From assembly GCF_009914755.1 (NCBI RefSeq), contig NC_060938.1: DNA of 64,000 bases. The stretch is one strand, 5' to 3'. The stretch is from the human T2T-CHM13v2.0 reference genome, Homo sapiens. This document shows, piece by piece, positions 45,661-61,500 of this stretch (positions within the stretch are counted from its first letter, which is position 1; every line of letters begins with the position of its first letter). The notes under the pieces were generated by a model. The model searched no databases. It was not told the origin of the DNA and saw nothing but the letters and a program-made list of their open reading frames with translations. The position numbers were made by a program, and so were the translations under genes.

Positions 45661-47907
45661 GTTGGAAATAATCTTGGGAGGAAGAAATAGACCCTGAAGG
45701 AGGTGCAGGTGGACAGAGCAGCATGAGCGTGGGCTCCAGGTGGAGAAGTGCATGTTCTGTTGGGTGATGGAGTGGAGCCCTTTGTAGGGGGTGTCTGGGG
45801 TTGAGGGGCAGAGGCCCAGAAAGGGAATGCCTTAAACATGAAGGGACTGGACCGGATTCTTTAGGCAGTGGAATCCATTGCAAGTTTTAGAGCAGGAAGG
45901 GATGTGATCACAAGACAGTGAGATGTACAGTCCTCGTGATGTTGGAGCCTGGGGCAGAGTTTCCACTCAGTCAGTCACCCTGAGAGCAGCAGCCTCGTGC
46001 TTCAGGATGCAGGTGGGGCTGCCGGGCTGGGAAGCAGGTTTATCTCTGTGGATTCCTGCAGACCCTCCTGGGCCCTGAGACCACCCAGGTCCCCCCAGAT
46101 CTTCATGGGCCCATTTATTCTTGCCAAGGAAGCCTGAGCACAGGGCTAGGCATGTAGCTAGCTGGAAGCCCAGCCCTGGGGAGTGCTTGTACATGTGGAT
46201 TTAGGGCCAATGCTCCCTGTGGCTCCAGATGCTCATGGGGCCCTCCCCCTACCCCCTCTGCTCTCACCTCCTGCCACTCTCACCCTTCTCTCATTGTCCC
46301 TCCTTGCACTTGCTCCAGGAGCAGGAATTGCAGGCTTGGGAGTTTGCTCTTCCTTCTGCCTGGACATCTCTTCCCCAGATACCTGCAGCCAGGCACTTAT
46401 TCCACAGTCACCTTTTCCGGGTGTCTTCCCTGGCCACCCAGTTTGGAACTGTCCCCCATCCCTGGGACCCTTTCCTCTTCCTCTTTGGCAGTATTACCAT
46501 CTAACATCCTCTAGTCACCTATTTGCCTTGTTTATTGCCCGCCTCTTCCCCTAGAATGTAAATACCGTGAAGGTTTTGGGTTTTTTTTAACTGTTTTGTT
46601 CACTGCTCTAACCTGTGCCTGGAACAGCATTTGACATTGGCAGGTCCACAGAAACTAAGCACAGCCCGAGTGAATGAGAGGCCCACTCCCTCATTACTCC
46701 CAGAACCTCTCTGTTTGATCGCAGCTTTGGTTCTGCAGGTAAAAAAAAAAAAAAAAAAAATGGGGATGAGCCCAGGTCACACCTAGGGCCACCCAGCAAA
46801 TGGAGAAGCTTCCTTCTCCCAGTCCCCATTGCACAGATGAGGAAACAGACCTTGAGGGGGAAAGGACTTGGCCAAGTGCTAAGCCATAGTTCGTGGCAAA
46901 GAAGAAATGAAGCTGATTGCCCTCAATCCCTGCTATTGAAAGTCCTAACTGGCCCGGGGGAGGCTGGGGCCCAAGCAGGGATGTTTAAGGATGATTATAG
47001 CGTCTTTTGGTGCCAGAACATATCTTTGTGTTTCCAAGTGGGGTTAGAGGAGCCTGCAGCCCAGGGGTTTCTTTTCTTTTCTGGGAAATTCAGACCTCCA
47101 TCATTTTAACTTTTCCCAGACGAGATGCTGGGACCACACTCAGGGCCTGGGAAGTGGTTGCATCAGTATCAGCCAGGCCGCCCTGGCCTTGAGCTCCAAA
47201 TGAGATTGTTCGGCCTCAATTCCACAGCCTGTGGACTTCCACAGAGCCATCCTACCCCGCCCCCACCAGCCCCAGGATTCCTGCCATTCCCCGGGACACT
47301 CATATTTTCCTGGTGACCTGGCTCCTTCTTCTAGGTAGGCTGAAGGCTGTGGACCGAAAGGGGAAATCCACAGGCAGCCGGGAGCACACACAACATTCGT
47401 GAGAGTCAGGGCCCCCCGGAGGATGTGGGAGGGAATTTTCTCCCCGGGTACAGACTTCACACTGACCTTGACACACCCCTCCTCATGACAGGCAGTCCCA
47501 GTCAGTTCTCTCGAAAACCACTGCTCAAAATTCACAACACTGCTGCCCCTGTTTAATACAGCGCTGCCTGACCCCTCCACCACCCTGAGAACCCCCAGGA
47601 CCCCTACAGCCCTGCCTTCAGGGGTGGTTCCACTTTCCTGTGCCCTTTTACAGGGCTTACCCTGGCCTCGTCCCCTGCCTTCCCCAAGGGGCTCCTTACA
47701 GCACATGCCCTGGATGCTTCTGGAACCAATGCCAACCTTGATCCCTGGTACCCCTGGGCAACATCACAGAGACACAGGGCAAGATGGAAGGCACCATCCA
47801 CAGCTTCATGGCTTTCTGGGTACCCTTGTCTGTGTGATTAAGGTTTTCACCCCTGCAGGTACCTTGAGAGACTTGGTGCCTTAGGTAGAATGCACACAGA
47901 CCTTCTG

Positions 47908-48118
47908 GCCCACCCAACTCAGGATGCGAGGCTCCGAGATGTTGTTCCTCCTTTTCTGGAATCAAAACCAGCCTGTGTGTGTTGGGATGGGGAAGGCAAA
48001 CATGAGGGTCTTGGGGAGGGTCTGGGATCCCTTAAACCGGACAGAACTGTGAACAGTAGGCAGTGCTCATTTCCCAGCGAAGCCCTCAGTTTGACTTTGC
48101 TGTTTCTTGGGTCTGTGA
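47908..48118 (+). repeat. Left arm of a 211-bp inverted duplication
   Basis: Reverse complement of 49066-49276, 16 mismatches by manual alignment. Confidence 0.93.
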
Positions 48119-48325
48119 TCCTCCTTCCCCCACCGTGCTGTGTTGACTCATCCTCATTCTGGGGGCTCAGGCACTGTTGACTGGGAAGGGGTAAGAAGGA
48201 ACTTTCTAGAACTGTCCTATATCAGCACCATCCAATGGAAATCTAATGCAAGCCACATATGTCATTTTATATATTCTGGCAGCCATATTAAAACAGGCAA
48301 AGTAATTTTAATAATATTTTATTTA

Positions 48326-48648
<323 letters not shown>

Positions 48649-49065
48649 CTAACTTGTAAACAATAAAAATATTAATAAGCTATTTTATATTCTTTTTATC
48701 ACAGTAAGTTTGAAATCCTGTGTATATTTTGTGCTTACAGCACTTGTCAGTTCAGACAAGCCACTTCTGGCTAGTGGCTACGGCAGCACAGATCTCTCTA
48801 TCTTGATTTGGGTGGTAGTTACACAGGTGTAGACATATGTAAAAATGTGGCTAGCTGTACACTCAAGATGTGTGCATTTCACTGTGTGTGTTACTCTTTA
48901 AAAGTTTTTAAAAAGCCTCTTCAAGGCTCTGCTCAAATGCCACTCGTTTTCCTGAACCCATCCCGGGTTGCAGTGAGCTGCTTCTGTTGAACTGTGCTTC
49001 TGTTACATTTATACTTGTACCATAGCTGTGTCTCGCCATTTCCTCACAGACTCAAGTCTTGGGTC

Positions 49066-49276
49066 TCACAGACCCAAGAAACAGTGAGATCAAACTGAGG
49101 GCTCCACTGGGAAATGGGCACTGCCTACTGTTGACAGTTCTGTCCAGTTTAAGAGATCCCAGACCCTCCCCAAGACCCTCACATTTGCCTACCCCATCCC
49201 AACACACACAGGCTGGTTTTGATTCCAGAAAAGGAGGAACAACATCTCGGAGCCTCACATCCTGGGTCGGGTGGGC
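49066..49276 (-). repeat. Right arm of the 211-bp inverted duplication
   Basis: The ORF track shows near-identical peptides at 47890(+) and 49052(-). Confidence 0.93.
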
Positions 49277-49462
49277 TGACGTGTGTTTCCTACAAGCACC
49301 CTAAGATGAAGACCATGGTTTGTTGATTTTTTTTTAATTCCCCAAAGGGCCACTGACTACCTCATGCTGAATAAGTAAGCGTGGCTGAATGGAATCCCCA
49401 GGTGTTATAAACCTTCTCTGGGCTGGCTGCAGGATAGCTGATCATTGAATTCTGTTTTTCAG

Positions 49463-49667
49463 TCCGGTTCCAGTTGTTGGCAAAGGAGAGGAAGAGGAAG
49501 AGGAAGATGGCATGCGGCTTTGTCTGCCAGCCAACCCGAAAAACTGCCTTCCTCACCGCCGGGGCATCAGCATCCTGGAGAAGCTCATCAAAACATGCCC
49601 GGTGTGGCTGCAGCTGAGTCTGGGCCAGGCAGAGGTGGCCAGGATCCTGCACCGGGTGGTGGCTGGG
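49463..49667 (+). CDS. RIN3: RIN3 coding exon 2 (205 nt; PVPVVGKGEEEEEEDGMRLCLPANPKNCLPHRRGISILEKLIKTCPVWLQLSLGQAEVARILHRVVAG, start of the SH2 region)
   Basis: Acceptor tctgtttttcag|T and donor GGG|gtgagt; frame continuous with exon 1 (GG+T=Gly); LEKLIKTCPVWLQL is typical of the RIN-family sequence leading into the SH2 domain. Confidence 0.96.
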
Positions 49668-50244
49668 GTGAGTGGGGGCGTCTCCCACTTGGTAGGCACA
49701 CACACCTGTGAGGAACTCAGGCATGCTCCACACCTGCCCTGGCTCCCACAGGGAAGCAGCTACCATGCAGATGACTGCATGTTTATTTCCCTTTCCTACA
49801 TTTGTCAGCTTTTGACCACAATTTTCTCCCAGAACACAGGCATGGGGGGCTGGTGAGAGGCCTGGTTTCTTCTTTGGGGAGCAGGTGTTTGTGACTGGAG
49901 AGCAGGTAGTGGGTGGCTTGCAGGCTCTCAGGGCATTTGGGCACCTGAGAGGCAGGACTGATGCAGTCAGGAGGACCATGCTGGCCTGCTCTGACTTTGG
50001 GGGCTCAGCCAGGCATCCAGGGTCCAGAGAGTGTCAATCAGAGCCAGGGTAAAAAAAAAAATGGCTTTATGCTCCCTGTTTTACATATGCAAATAAGGGG
50101 CTGTGTGATGGAGTCAAAAGATGTTTTGGAGGTCAGGCTCTGTGAGCTGGGCACACGGCTTAAATTTTCTAAGCCTCACTTTTGTTGCTTTGAAATAGGG
50201 GCATTCACACCACCCCCGAGGCTCTTATTCCTATTGCATGGGAA

Positions 50245-50365
50245 GATAGATGATGGATGGATGAATGGACAGATGGATGGACAGACAGACAGATGGATAG
50301 ATAGATGGATGGACGTATGGACATACAGACAGATAGACAACAGATAAGTGGGTGATAGATGATGA
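50245..50365. repeat. (GATG)/(GACA)/(GATA) compound tetranucleotide repeat
   Basis: Direct inspection. Confidence 0.85.
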
Positions 50366-51740
50366 AATATGAGTCAGAGCTCATCATATGTTCCTTTCAC
50401 CTCCCACACACATTTTCTCCTATACGCTGCTTCCTTTTAAAAACAACTTGAATTTGTTTAATTACCAAAGTGATACACATATGTGTTCATTATTTAACAA
50501 AAACCCAAGCTGGACAGACATGTAAAAAGTAAAGATCTTTTCCACCTACTGTAACCAAACTCACTCCCCAGAAGTGTTTTCTTTTTTTAATTGAGATGAA
50601 ATTCACATAATATAAAATTAGCCATTTAAAAGTATACAGTTCAGTGGCATTTAGTACAGACACAATGTGGTACAACCACCACCTCTATCTATCTAGTTCC
50701 AAAACATCTCATCATTCAAAACAAAGCCCTACACTCCCTCCCCCTTCTCCCCTCCTGCAGCCCCGTAACCACCAATCTGCCTCCGAAGTCACGTTGCATG
50801 CGGTACGTCTGTCTGCACATTTTCCATGCATATTCATGCATATTCACGTAGCGGCAAGCATTCCCTGAGTACTTGCTTTGCTCCAGGCAGTCTTGCAAGT
50901 TCTTCATGTGAATCTGCCCATTTAACCTCACAGCAGCCCTAGGAGGTAGGTGTTGCCACCTTGCCCATTGTATAGATGAGGCAACTGCGATGCAAAGGCA
51001 TTGAGTGCCCTCCCCCAGGGGACACAGTGAGTAAATAGCAGAGTGGGAATCTGGACCCAGGCAGTCTGGGTGCCCTGTGCTATGTTGAGCACACACGTTT
51101 TATTTGGCTTAGCTGGACTTTTGTCCCCCAGCCACCGTGCACTTTTGATGGTCTCTCCCCTGCTGTGGTTGCAGCGCTTGTCTGCCTCCCAGGAAGAGTC
51201 CAGACGTATAAGTACAGGGCTCAGATGGCGAATGGACTCGTTCACCTCGGACGAGGTAAAATGCATCAAGTCGCCAGTTGTACCTGAAAATCGGAATTAC
51301 TAGAACTTATGGGGCCTTCTGCAAAGTCCTGACCTCCTCTTGCTACAGAGGCCCCTGTCACAGGGAGTGGGCACTGTGGTGGCCTGGAAGCACAGCAGTG
51401 TCCTGCCAAGACCAGGGGGACCGCTGGCCTGGCAAGGCCTGGGTAGAAAATAAAACCAGGGTCTCCTGCCAGTGGGTGTTCAGCCAGCACCCTCTGTGGT
51501 CCCCAGTTCCCCTGGTAGGTTCTCAGGAATGAGCTTCCCACCCTTGCTGGGAGGATGCAGCTCGAAACCAGCCCAAGGGGAAAATTTTTGATGCCAGGGG
51601 ATGGCCATGTTCTGGATTTTTCTTGGTCATCAAGAAGGACATGTGCAGGGCAGGTGTGTGGATGGGAATTACCAGACAGTGGGGGATGGTCCCAGGAGAA
51701 GGTGCTGGCTCTCCAGAGCAAGCTGGATGGGACATAGTCA

Positions 51741-52073
<333 letters not shown>

Positions 52074-52244
52074 GATTAAAAAGTTTAAAATAAGCACAAC
52101 TAAAAATAACTGTAGTGGTTCCTTTTGGAGAATGCTTAGTAATTCCAGGCTCTGTGCTTTGCAGATATCATCTTGCAATCATCCTGTGAGGTCAACTCTG
52201 CCATTATACCCATTTCACAGATAATGAAACCGAGGCTAAGAGGA

Positions 52245-53035
<791 letters not shown>

Positions 53036-54366
53036 CTAGAGTGGGCTAACTTTCCCAAAGATCACACAGCTAGTGAGGTACAGGGCTGAGGTTTGAACCC
53101 AGGCCTGGCTAGGCTCAAGCCCATCCCTCCAGAAGTGAGTAGCAGGAGAGACATAAAAGTAATTTTCTGAGATCAACCAGTGCTGGATGGGTTTGGATAT
53201 GAGCCATGTTTATAAAGATGGGTGAGATACAATCTTACCACTGTCCTCTCCGAGGGTCTGGTGGGGACTCCATGCACCAATATGAACCGTAAAGGCACCA
53301 GGTGGGGTTAGCTAAGTGCTCTGTGAAAGGCAGGGCAGCGAGTTACCTGGAGCAGGAAGAGAGCACATCCAGGTGGGGTGATCTGGGCAGACTTCCTGGA
53401 GGAGGCAGACACCAAGCTGGGCCATGAAGGATGGATGGGCAGGTTGGGATGGGGGAGCTGACAGAGTCTGCTGGAGAGTAGCAGGTGACATAACAGCAAG
53501 GGCCAAGGCCCAGAGGTGGATGTGAGCCTTGCTGGGGCCCTTGGGGATGAAAGAGAGTGGAGGGAATAGAGCCTACCGGAACCCTGGAGAGCAGGACCAT
53601 GTTGCATTCATCTACCAGTGACACCATTGACTGATTCGGGTCTGGGAGCACAGAGTGAGCCTGGCTCTGATTGTTCACTGGGACAAATGAATGAGGACAG
53701 CAGGTGTGCAGGTCTGCTTCTTCCAAACTGACAAAGCCAGGCTAGGTTGCTCGGGGCCTGTGGCAAGAGGCAAAGGCCACGGGGCTTAGTTCATTTTCAA
53801 GGTGAGCACAAGTTAAAGCAAGGCCTTAGGCCTTAATCCCAGCTTCAGTGGTGCGAGAAGGCTGGACACTCCTTCAGCCCCAGCAGGGGAGGCACCCAGG
53901 CTGCCGAGGCCCAGAGAACTCTGCTACAATCCAGGTGCTGAGTATAGAAGATGTTGAGACCACAGGTGACTGCATTAAAGGAGTCAACCATTCCCTTCCC
54001 ACTGCCACCCACTCACCACCCCCTTCTGAGGGCGTAGCAGCTGGGCCAGCCCTGAGAACAACAGAGTGGAGGAGCTGTGTCATCTGTTGCCTTCCCTGCT
54101 CTCTGCCTTTACGCCCCACTCCTCCCCGTGCACCTCTATATTTTCAAGCATAAGGAAGGGCCTGAGTGCATGTGCTGTTACGAAGATTGGCAGCTTTTAC
54201 CCAGAGTTGCTATATGCATGATCTTACTTGATCCTCAGCGATTTCTGTCAGGTAGGCATTAGTGTGTTCCCATTTTCAGATGAGGAAACAGAGGCACAGA
54301 GAAGTCAACTCACTTGCCTGAAGTCACACAGCTGGTGAAAGCAGAGTCTGTGTGGTGTGATCTTCA

Positions 54367-54922
<556 letters not shown>

Positions 54923-55244
54923 CCGACACCATGGGTGGTCCCCAGGCTGTGGGAACTCAAAAGGTCTTCAGAGACCACCTGGGTCTACCCCTGCTGGCAC
55001 CGATGAAAGACAGTGCTTCATTGCATCTAGCGCTGGTGCTCAGGCTAGGGATTCAGGCCCTTTGTTCCAAATATCTGTATGACCTTGACCACATCTCACC
55101 CCTTCCCCACTATCCACCTCCCCTCCCTGCAGCCTGCTTCTCTGATAAGGTTTTGGGAACATATTGGCCCATTTGTTCATTTGTGTGTATCCAGAAGCAA
55201 GGCAACCAAATAGCCACCTTTATTTATTCTGCATTCAGGCTGAT

Positions 55245-56630
<1,386 letters not shown>

Positions 56631-56826
56631 AAGGTGGTTTTTAATAAAAGAAACCTCTTTTAAGGTTGCTTTTGGTGATGAAGGAGGTGAAAGGTTGGGT
56701 CAAAAGTTGTAGTAACCTGAGTTGTGATATAGACCAGCCATCTAGATGGTTCAAGGCACCCTCCCTAGGTGTGAGCCCAAGGAGTACCGATTCTGTTCAG
56801 TATTAGTTTGGTAAAAACCTTCAGTG

Positions 56827-57182
<356 letters not shown>

Positions 57183-58552
57183 TCATCAATTATTGCAGGA
57201 TTACTTTGGACTAAGCACCATCTCTCATTTTTCCAACAACCCTGCAAAACAGGGGTGTGATCTCTATTCTATAAGGGAGGAAACTCAGCTCTGAGACGGT
57301 AAGAAACCAGCCTGAGTCATATGGCTACCAAGTTGTGGAACTTGATTTAAACCCACAACTGACTGTCTCCAAAAGCTTTAAAAAAAACAGTGTCTTGGCC
57401 TCACCCTCAGAAGTGCTTCTCTTTTTCTTTTGGAGTGGGCCTCAGCCATCAGCATGTTTTAAAAGCTTCCTGGGTAATTCTGCTATGTAGCCAGAGTTGA
57501 GAATTGCTGCTCTGTGCTATGCTAATGGGAAAGGTGGGCCTCAGTTTCCCCATATGTAAAATAAAGATATTGGGCAATATGTCCCTTTATTCCATTTCCA
57601 GTCCTCAGTGGTTCTGAGGATTTGTGGCTTGACTTTCTTACATCTCTGTACACACACAAACACACACACACATACCCCTAAGCTCTGTCAGAGTCAGGAC
57701 TGAGGATATGAGGACCTTTGTCCAGGATGGGCCCCAGCCACTGGACTGTCAACCTCTGCAGGCACAACCCCTGTGGACATAGCCTCTCAGAAGAGCCAGA
57801 CACTTCTATTTCTGCCCTAATGGGCATGATTGGAAATTTTCCCCAAGCAGCTGGAAAATAATCCTAAAATAACAGAAGTGGAAAAGCAGATAGCTCTGAA
57901 TTGTCCAGGCCAAAAATGAATAGTAAAAACAAAACCCCTTATGGTGCATTTAGCTTTGGATAAAAATCCAAATGTATTTATTTGGAGAGGAAGAGGGGAG
58001 CGTGGTGGCTGCATAATTCTCTCCCTAAGCATATTCTGTCCCAGCTGTTAGTGAAATAAGTTGGTCTTTCCAAAACTCACCTTGGCTGAAGATAGACAGG
58101 AAGAGGGTCTGCAGACTGGCGGTACCATTTCCTGGATTGCGTTAATTTACCATGAAACTCACCCTCTTGCAAGCCTCTTAGGGACTGGGAAAGACCCCCA
58201 GGGCACTGATGCTACAAGAGTATCTTCTAGAAGAAAGGAGTCTTGGAATTGTTCAGCCTACCTCCCTTGCTATAGACTGGAAAAAGCCAGCTCAGAAAGG
58301 GGAAGTGACTTGCTTAAGGACACAGAGCAAACCAATGTCAGAACTAGGAAGGACACAAGTGTCTGACCCTCAGCCCGTTGCTCTTACCATTGCCCGCTGT
58401 TTTTTTGGTGGGGGCTTGCATGGGGGAATCCTAAATCATCAAAGAAAATCGAACTCTCACAGTGGCAAGAGCCCAGCAGTTTGTACAATTGATGGAAGAG
58501 GATTTTTCTGCTTTCTGAGGGTCCCTAATGCAATGCAGTGAGGGATGAAAAA

Positions 58553-58603
58553 TGGAGGAAACGCGCACACACACGCGCGCGCGCAGGAACAGCTGACTCA
58601 GCA
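58553..58603. promoter_or_regulatory. Candidate enhancer core: ETS/PU box, alternating purine-pyrimidine tract, E-box and MARE/AP-1
   Basis: gaggaa, acgcgcacacacacgcgcgcgcgca, caggaa, cagctg, agcTGACTCAGCA (58591-58603). Confidence 0.4.
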
Positions 58604-59078
58604 AGGCCCCAGACCAGGCTTGTTCCCAGAGAGGAGAGAGGTTGAGTAAGGACACTGGGCCTAGGAAGCTTTGTTAGTGGCTAATCAGGGAAGGCTTTCA
58701 GGAGCAGTGGCAGATGGAGGGCCCTACCGTGGGCATGAATGTGAACTGTTCTGTTTGTAGGAAACCCAGGCAGCCCCCTGTGAGTGTCCTGGAGGTGGAC
58801 AAAGGTGGCCCCGGCACTGGCACTTGTCTCCCTGTGTTCCCTCACTGCTCCACCTGGCTCATCTGCTCTGCCTGGCTTATCTTCCCATCGAGGTTGAGCT
58901 CTGAAGTCTGGAGCTGCCCATCAGGATGCCTTTCCCTGTCCAGGGTGCCCCATGTCCTGCCCTATTGCCCTTTTGATTCATGGAGCCATCCATGAACACT
59001 GACATCAGGAATGCTAGGAGCTTTGTGACATTCGTTCTCAGGGCCAGGAGGCAGGTAGAGGGGGTCTGGGGAAGGAAG

Positions 59079-59737
59079 TGTTACCAGAAAGGGGTCCCAA
59101 GCCAGACCCTAGGGAAGGGTTCTTGGACCTCAGGCAAGAAAGAAACAGGGGCAAGTCCACAAAGTAAAGTGAAAGCAAGTTTATTAGGAAAGTAAGGGGA
59201 TAAAGAATAGCTACTCCATGGGCAGAGCAGCAGCATGGGCTGCTCGAATGAATATACTTAGAGTTATTTCTTGATCAAACAAGGGGTGGATTATTCATGA
59301 GTTTTCTGGGAAAGGGGTAGGCATTTCCTGGAGCTAAGGGTTTCCCCGCTTTTTAGACTATATAGGGTAACTTCTTTACTGCCATGGCATTTGTAAACTG
59401 TCTTGGCGCTGGTGGGAGTGTCTTTTAGCTTACTAATGCATTATAATTAGCACATAATGAGCAGTGAGGATGACCAGAGGCCACTTTCATTGCCATCTTG
59501 GTTTTGGTGGGTTTGGGCCGGCTTCTTTACCACATCTTGTTTTATCAGCAGGGTCTTTGTGACCTGTATCTTGTGCTGACCTCCTGTCTTATCCTGTGAC
59601 TAAGAATGCCTAACCTCCTGGGAATGCAGCCCAGCCGGTCTCAGCTGCCCCAGCCCCTATTTAAGATGGAGCTGCTCTTGAGCTGTAAGAAAGTTGCTCT
59701 GGAGCTGTAAGAAAGTCAAGATGGATCACCTCTGACA
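59079..59737 (-). mobile_element. Solo ERV1 LTR MER41B
   Basis: TG...CA ends, 4-bp TSD gaag (59075-78 and 59738-41); the reverse strand reads tgtcagagg...gggctgcattcccag...aataaacttgctttcacttt...gggacccctttctggtaaca as in MER41. Confidence 0.85.
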
Positions 59738-61004
59738 GAAGTATGACATATTGACTGCTTACTATGTAGCAGGCACTCTGCTAATACCACCTGTGCAGCC
59801 TTTTCAATGATCCTTTGAGGCACTGGGTTGGTGGTGAATGCTTTAAACTTCAAGTAACAGCAAGCCCGGCTATGGTAGCTTCAGCCATAAGGATGCTATT
59901 GTTCGTCTAGTGGGAAGTCTGGAAGTTGGGGTCCAGGGCTAGTTTAGCAGCTCTTTGATGCCTTCAGTTCCCACTGTGTTCCCTCACTACTCCACCTGGG
60001 CTTCTCTCTACCCTTCTATTCCTCCATCTTCAAGTGGTTGGCTTTTTGTCCTCAGGTTTCTCACCTCATGGTTGCAAAATGGCAGCTGCAGCTCCAGACA
60101 CCTCACCCATTCGAAGGCAAGAGGTCACAGGCAAATGGCTTTCTCCTCCTAGGCTCTGCATTATTGTTAGGGAACACATATTGTTCCAAATGCTTTATTG
60201 ACCACCCGTGATGTGATGAAGGCTAGGAAAGGGGGTGAATGGCCAAGGAGAGCAGGATGGTCAAGATCGGCTCTGACCAAATGTGATACATCTCCTGAGT
60301 CAGGGCACATTGCCGCCAGAGCCAGAATCAGGGTCTGTTAGCAAGGAGGGGGAGAGGGGACTGGTTCCTGGGGAGCTAACTCAGTAAGTATCATAGGCAG
60401 GGACTATTATGACCCCATTTCACAGAAAAAGAAGCCGCCCAGAAAGCTCAGATAGCTCCAAGTGGCTAACTAAGGACTAAACTTGGAAGGTTTGGCTCCA
60501 GAGCATGCGGGCAGAAGGTCTTACATGAAAGGGTTCAAGGCCCAACACTCTGGACCTGCCGCTTGAATGCCCATCCCCTTTCCCGTCTCCTTACCAACCT
60601 GCACCTCACACTATTTTCTCATCTGCATGGAGGGTGTGATATTCAGAGCCTCAGGGAAGGAGCTGTTGCAGGTATCTAAAATCCCTAGCCTGGTGCCTGC
60701 CATGGAGTATATGCTTATTTAACACCAGTGGGTTGGTTGGGCTAGAGGTTATGTATTGTAGTGGTCACAAACGTGGCCTGGAGGTCACGTGTCTTGCATT
60801 CTTGTTCTGGCTCTGACACTAATAAGTGATGTGACCTCAGGAGGTCATTTTACTTCTCTGGGTTTCTTTGGCTGTAGAGTGAGGGGCTGGACCACATCAC
60901 TAGCTTTGAAACTTTCCCACTGAGCTATGTGTATTCGTCAGCAATGCCTGATGGAAGAGAGTAGGGGGATACCCAAAGGTGGAGGCCACATGTCCGTATA
61001 CCTC

Positions 61005-61500
61005 ATGGCTATACCATTACCTACTTTACATAACAAACCAACATTCAGTGGCTTTCAACAGTCACTATTTTATATTTGCTCACAATTCTATGGCTCAGCA
61101 ATTTGGGCTGGGTTCAGCTGAGTGGTTCTTCTGTTGGTCTTTTCTGGGGTCAGTCATGCAGCTGCAATCATCTAGCAACTTGACTAGAGGGGGATGGTCT
61201 ATGATGGCCTCACTCATGTGTCTTGTGTTGGGTGCTGGCTGTTGGCTGGGCCACACAACTCCAGCTGGCTAGCTCAGGCTTCTTTACATGACAGCATAGT
61301 CCAAAGGGTGACATGGAAGCTGCATGCCTCTTGAAGCCCAAGCTCTGAACTCCACAGTGTCTCTTCTGCTGCATTTTTTTTTTTTTTTTTTGGTCAATGC
61401 CAGTGCCAAGGCCATGCTGTTTTCACCAGGAGGTGAAAATAGACTCCATCTCTTGATAGGGGGAGCAGCAAAGACTTTGTGGCTCTTTTTAATCTACTGT
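61005..61500 (-). mobile_element. Old MLT1-type MaLR LTR
   Basis: ttgctcacaattctatggctcagcaatttgggctgggttcagctg motif. Confidence 0.6.

Noticed and set aside
49512-49856. 114-aa ORF starting at MRLCLPANPK
   Set aside because: Only the part up to 49667 is RIN3 exon 2; the rest is read-through past the gtgagt donor.
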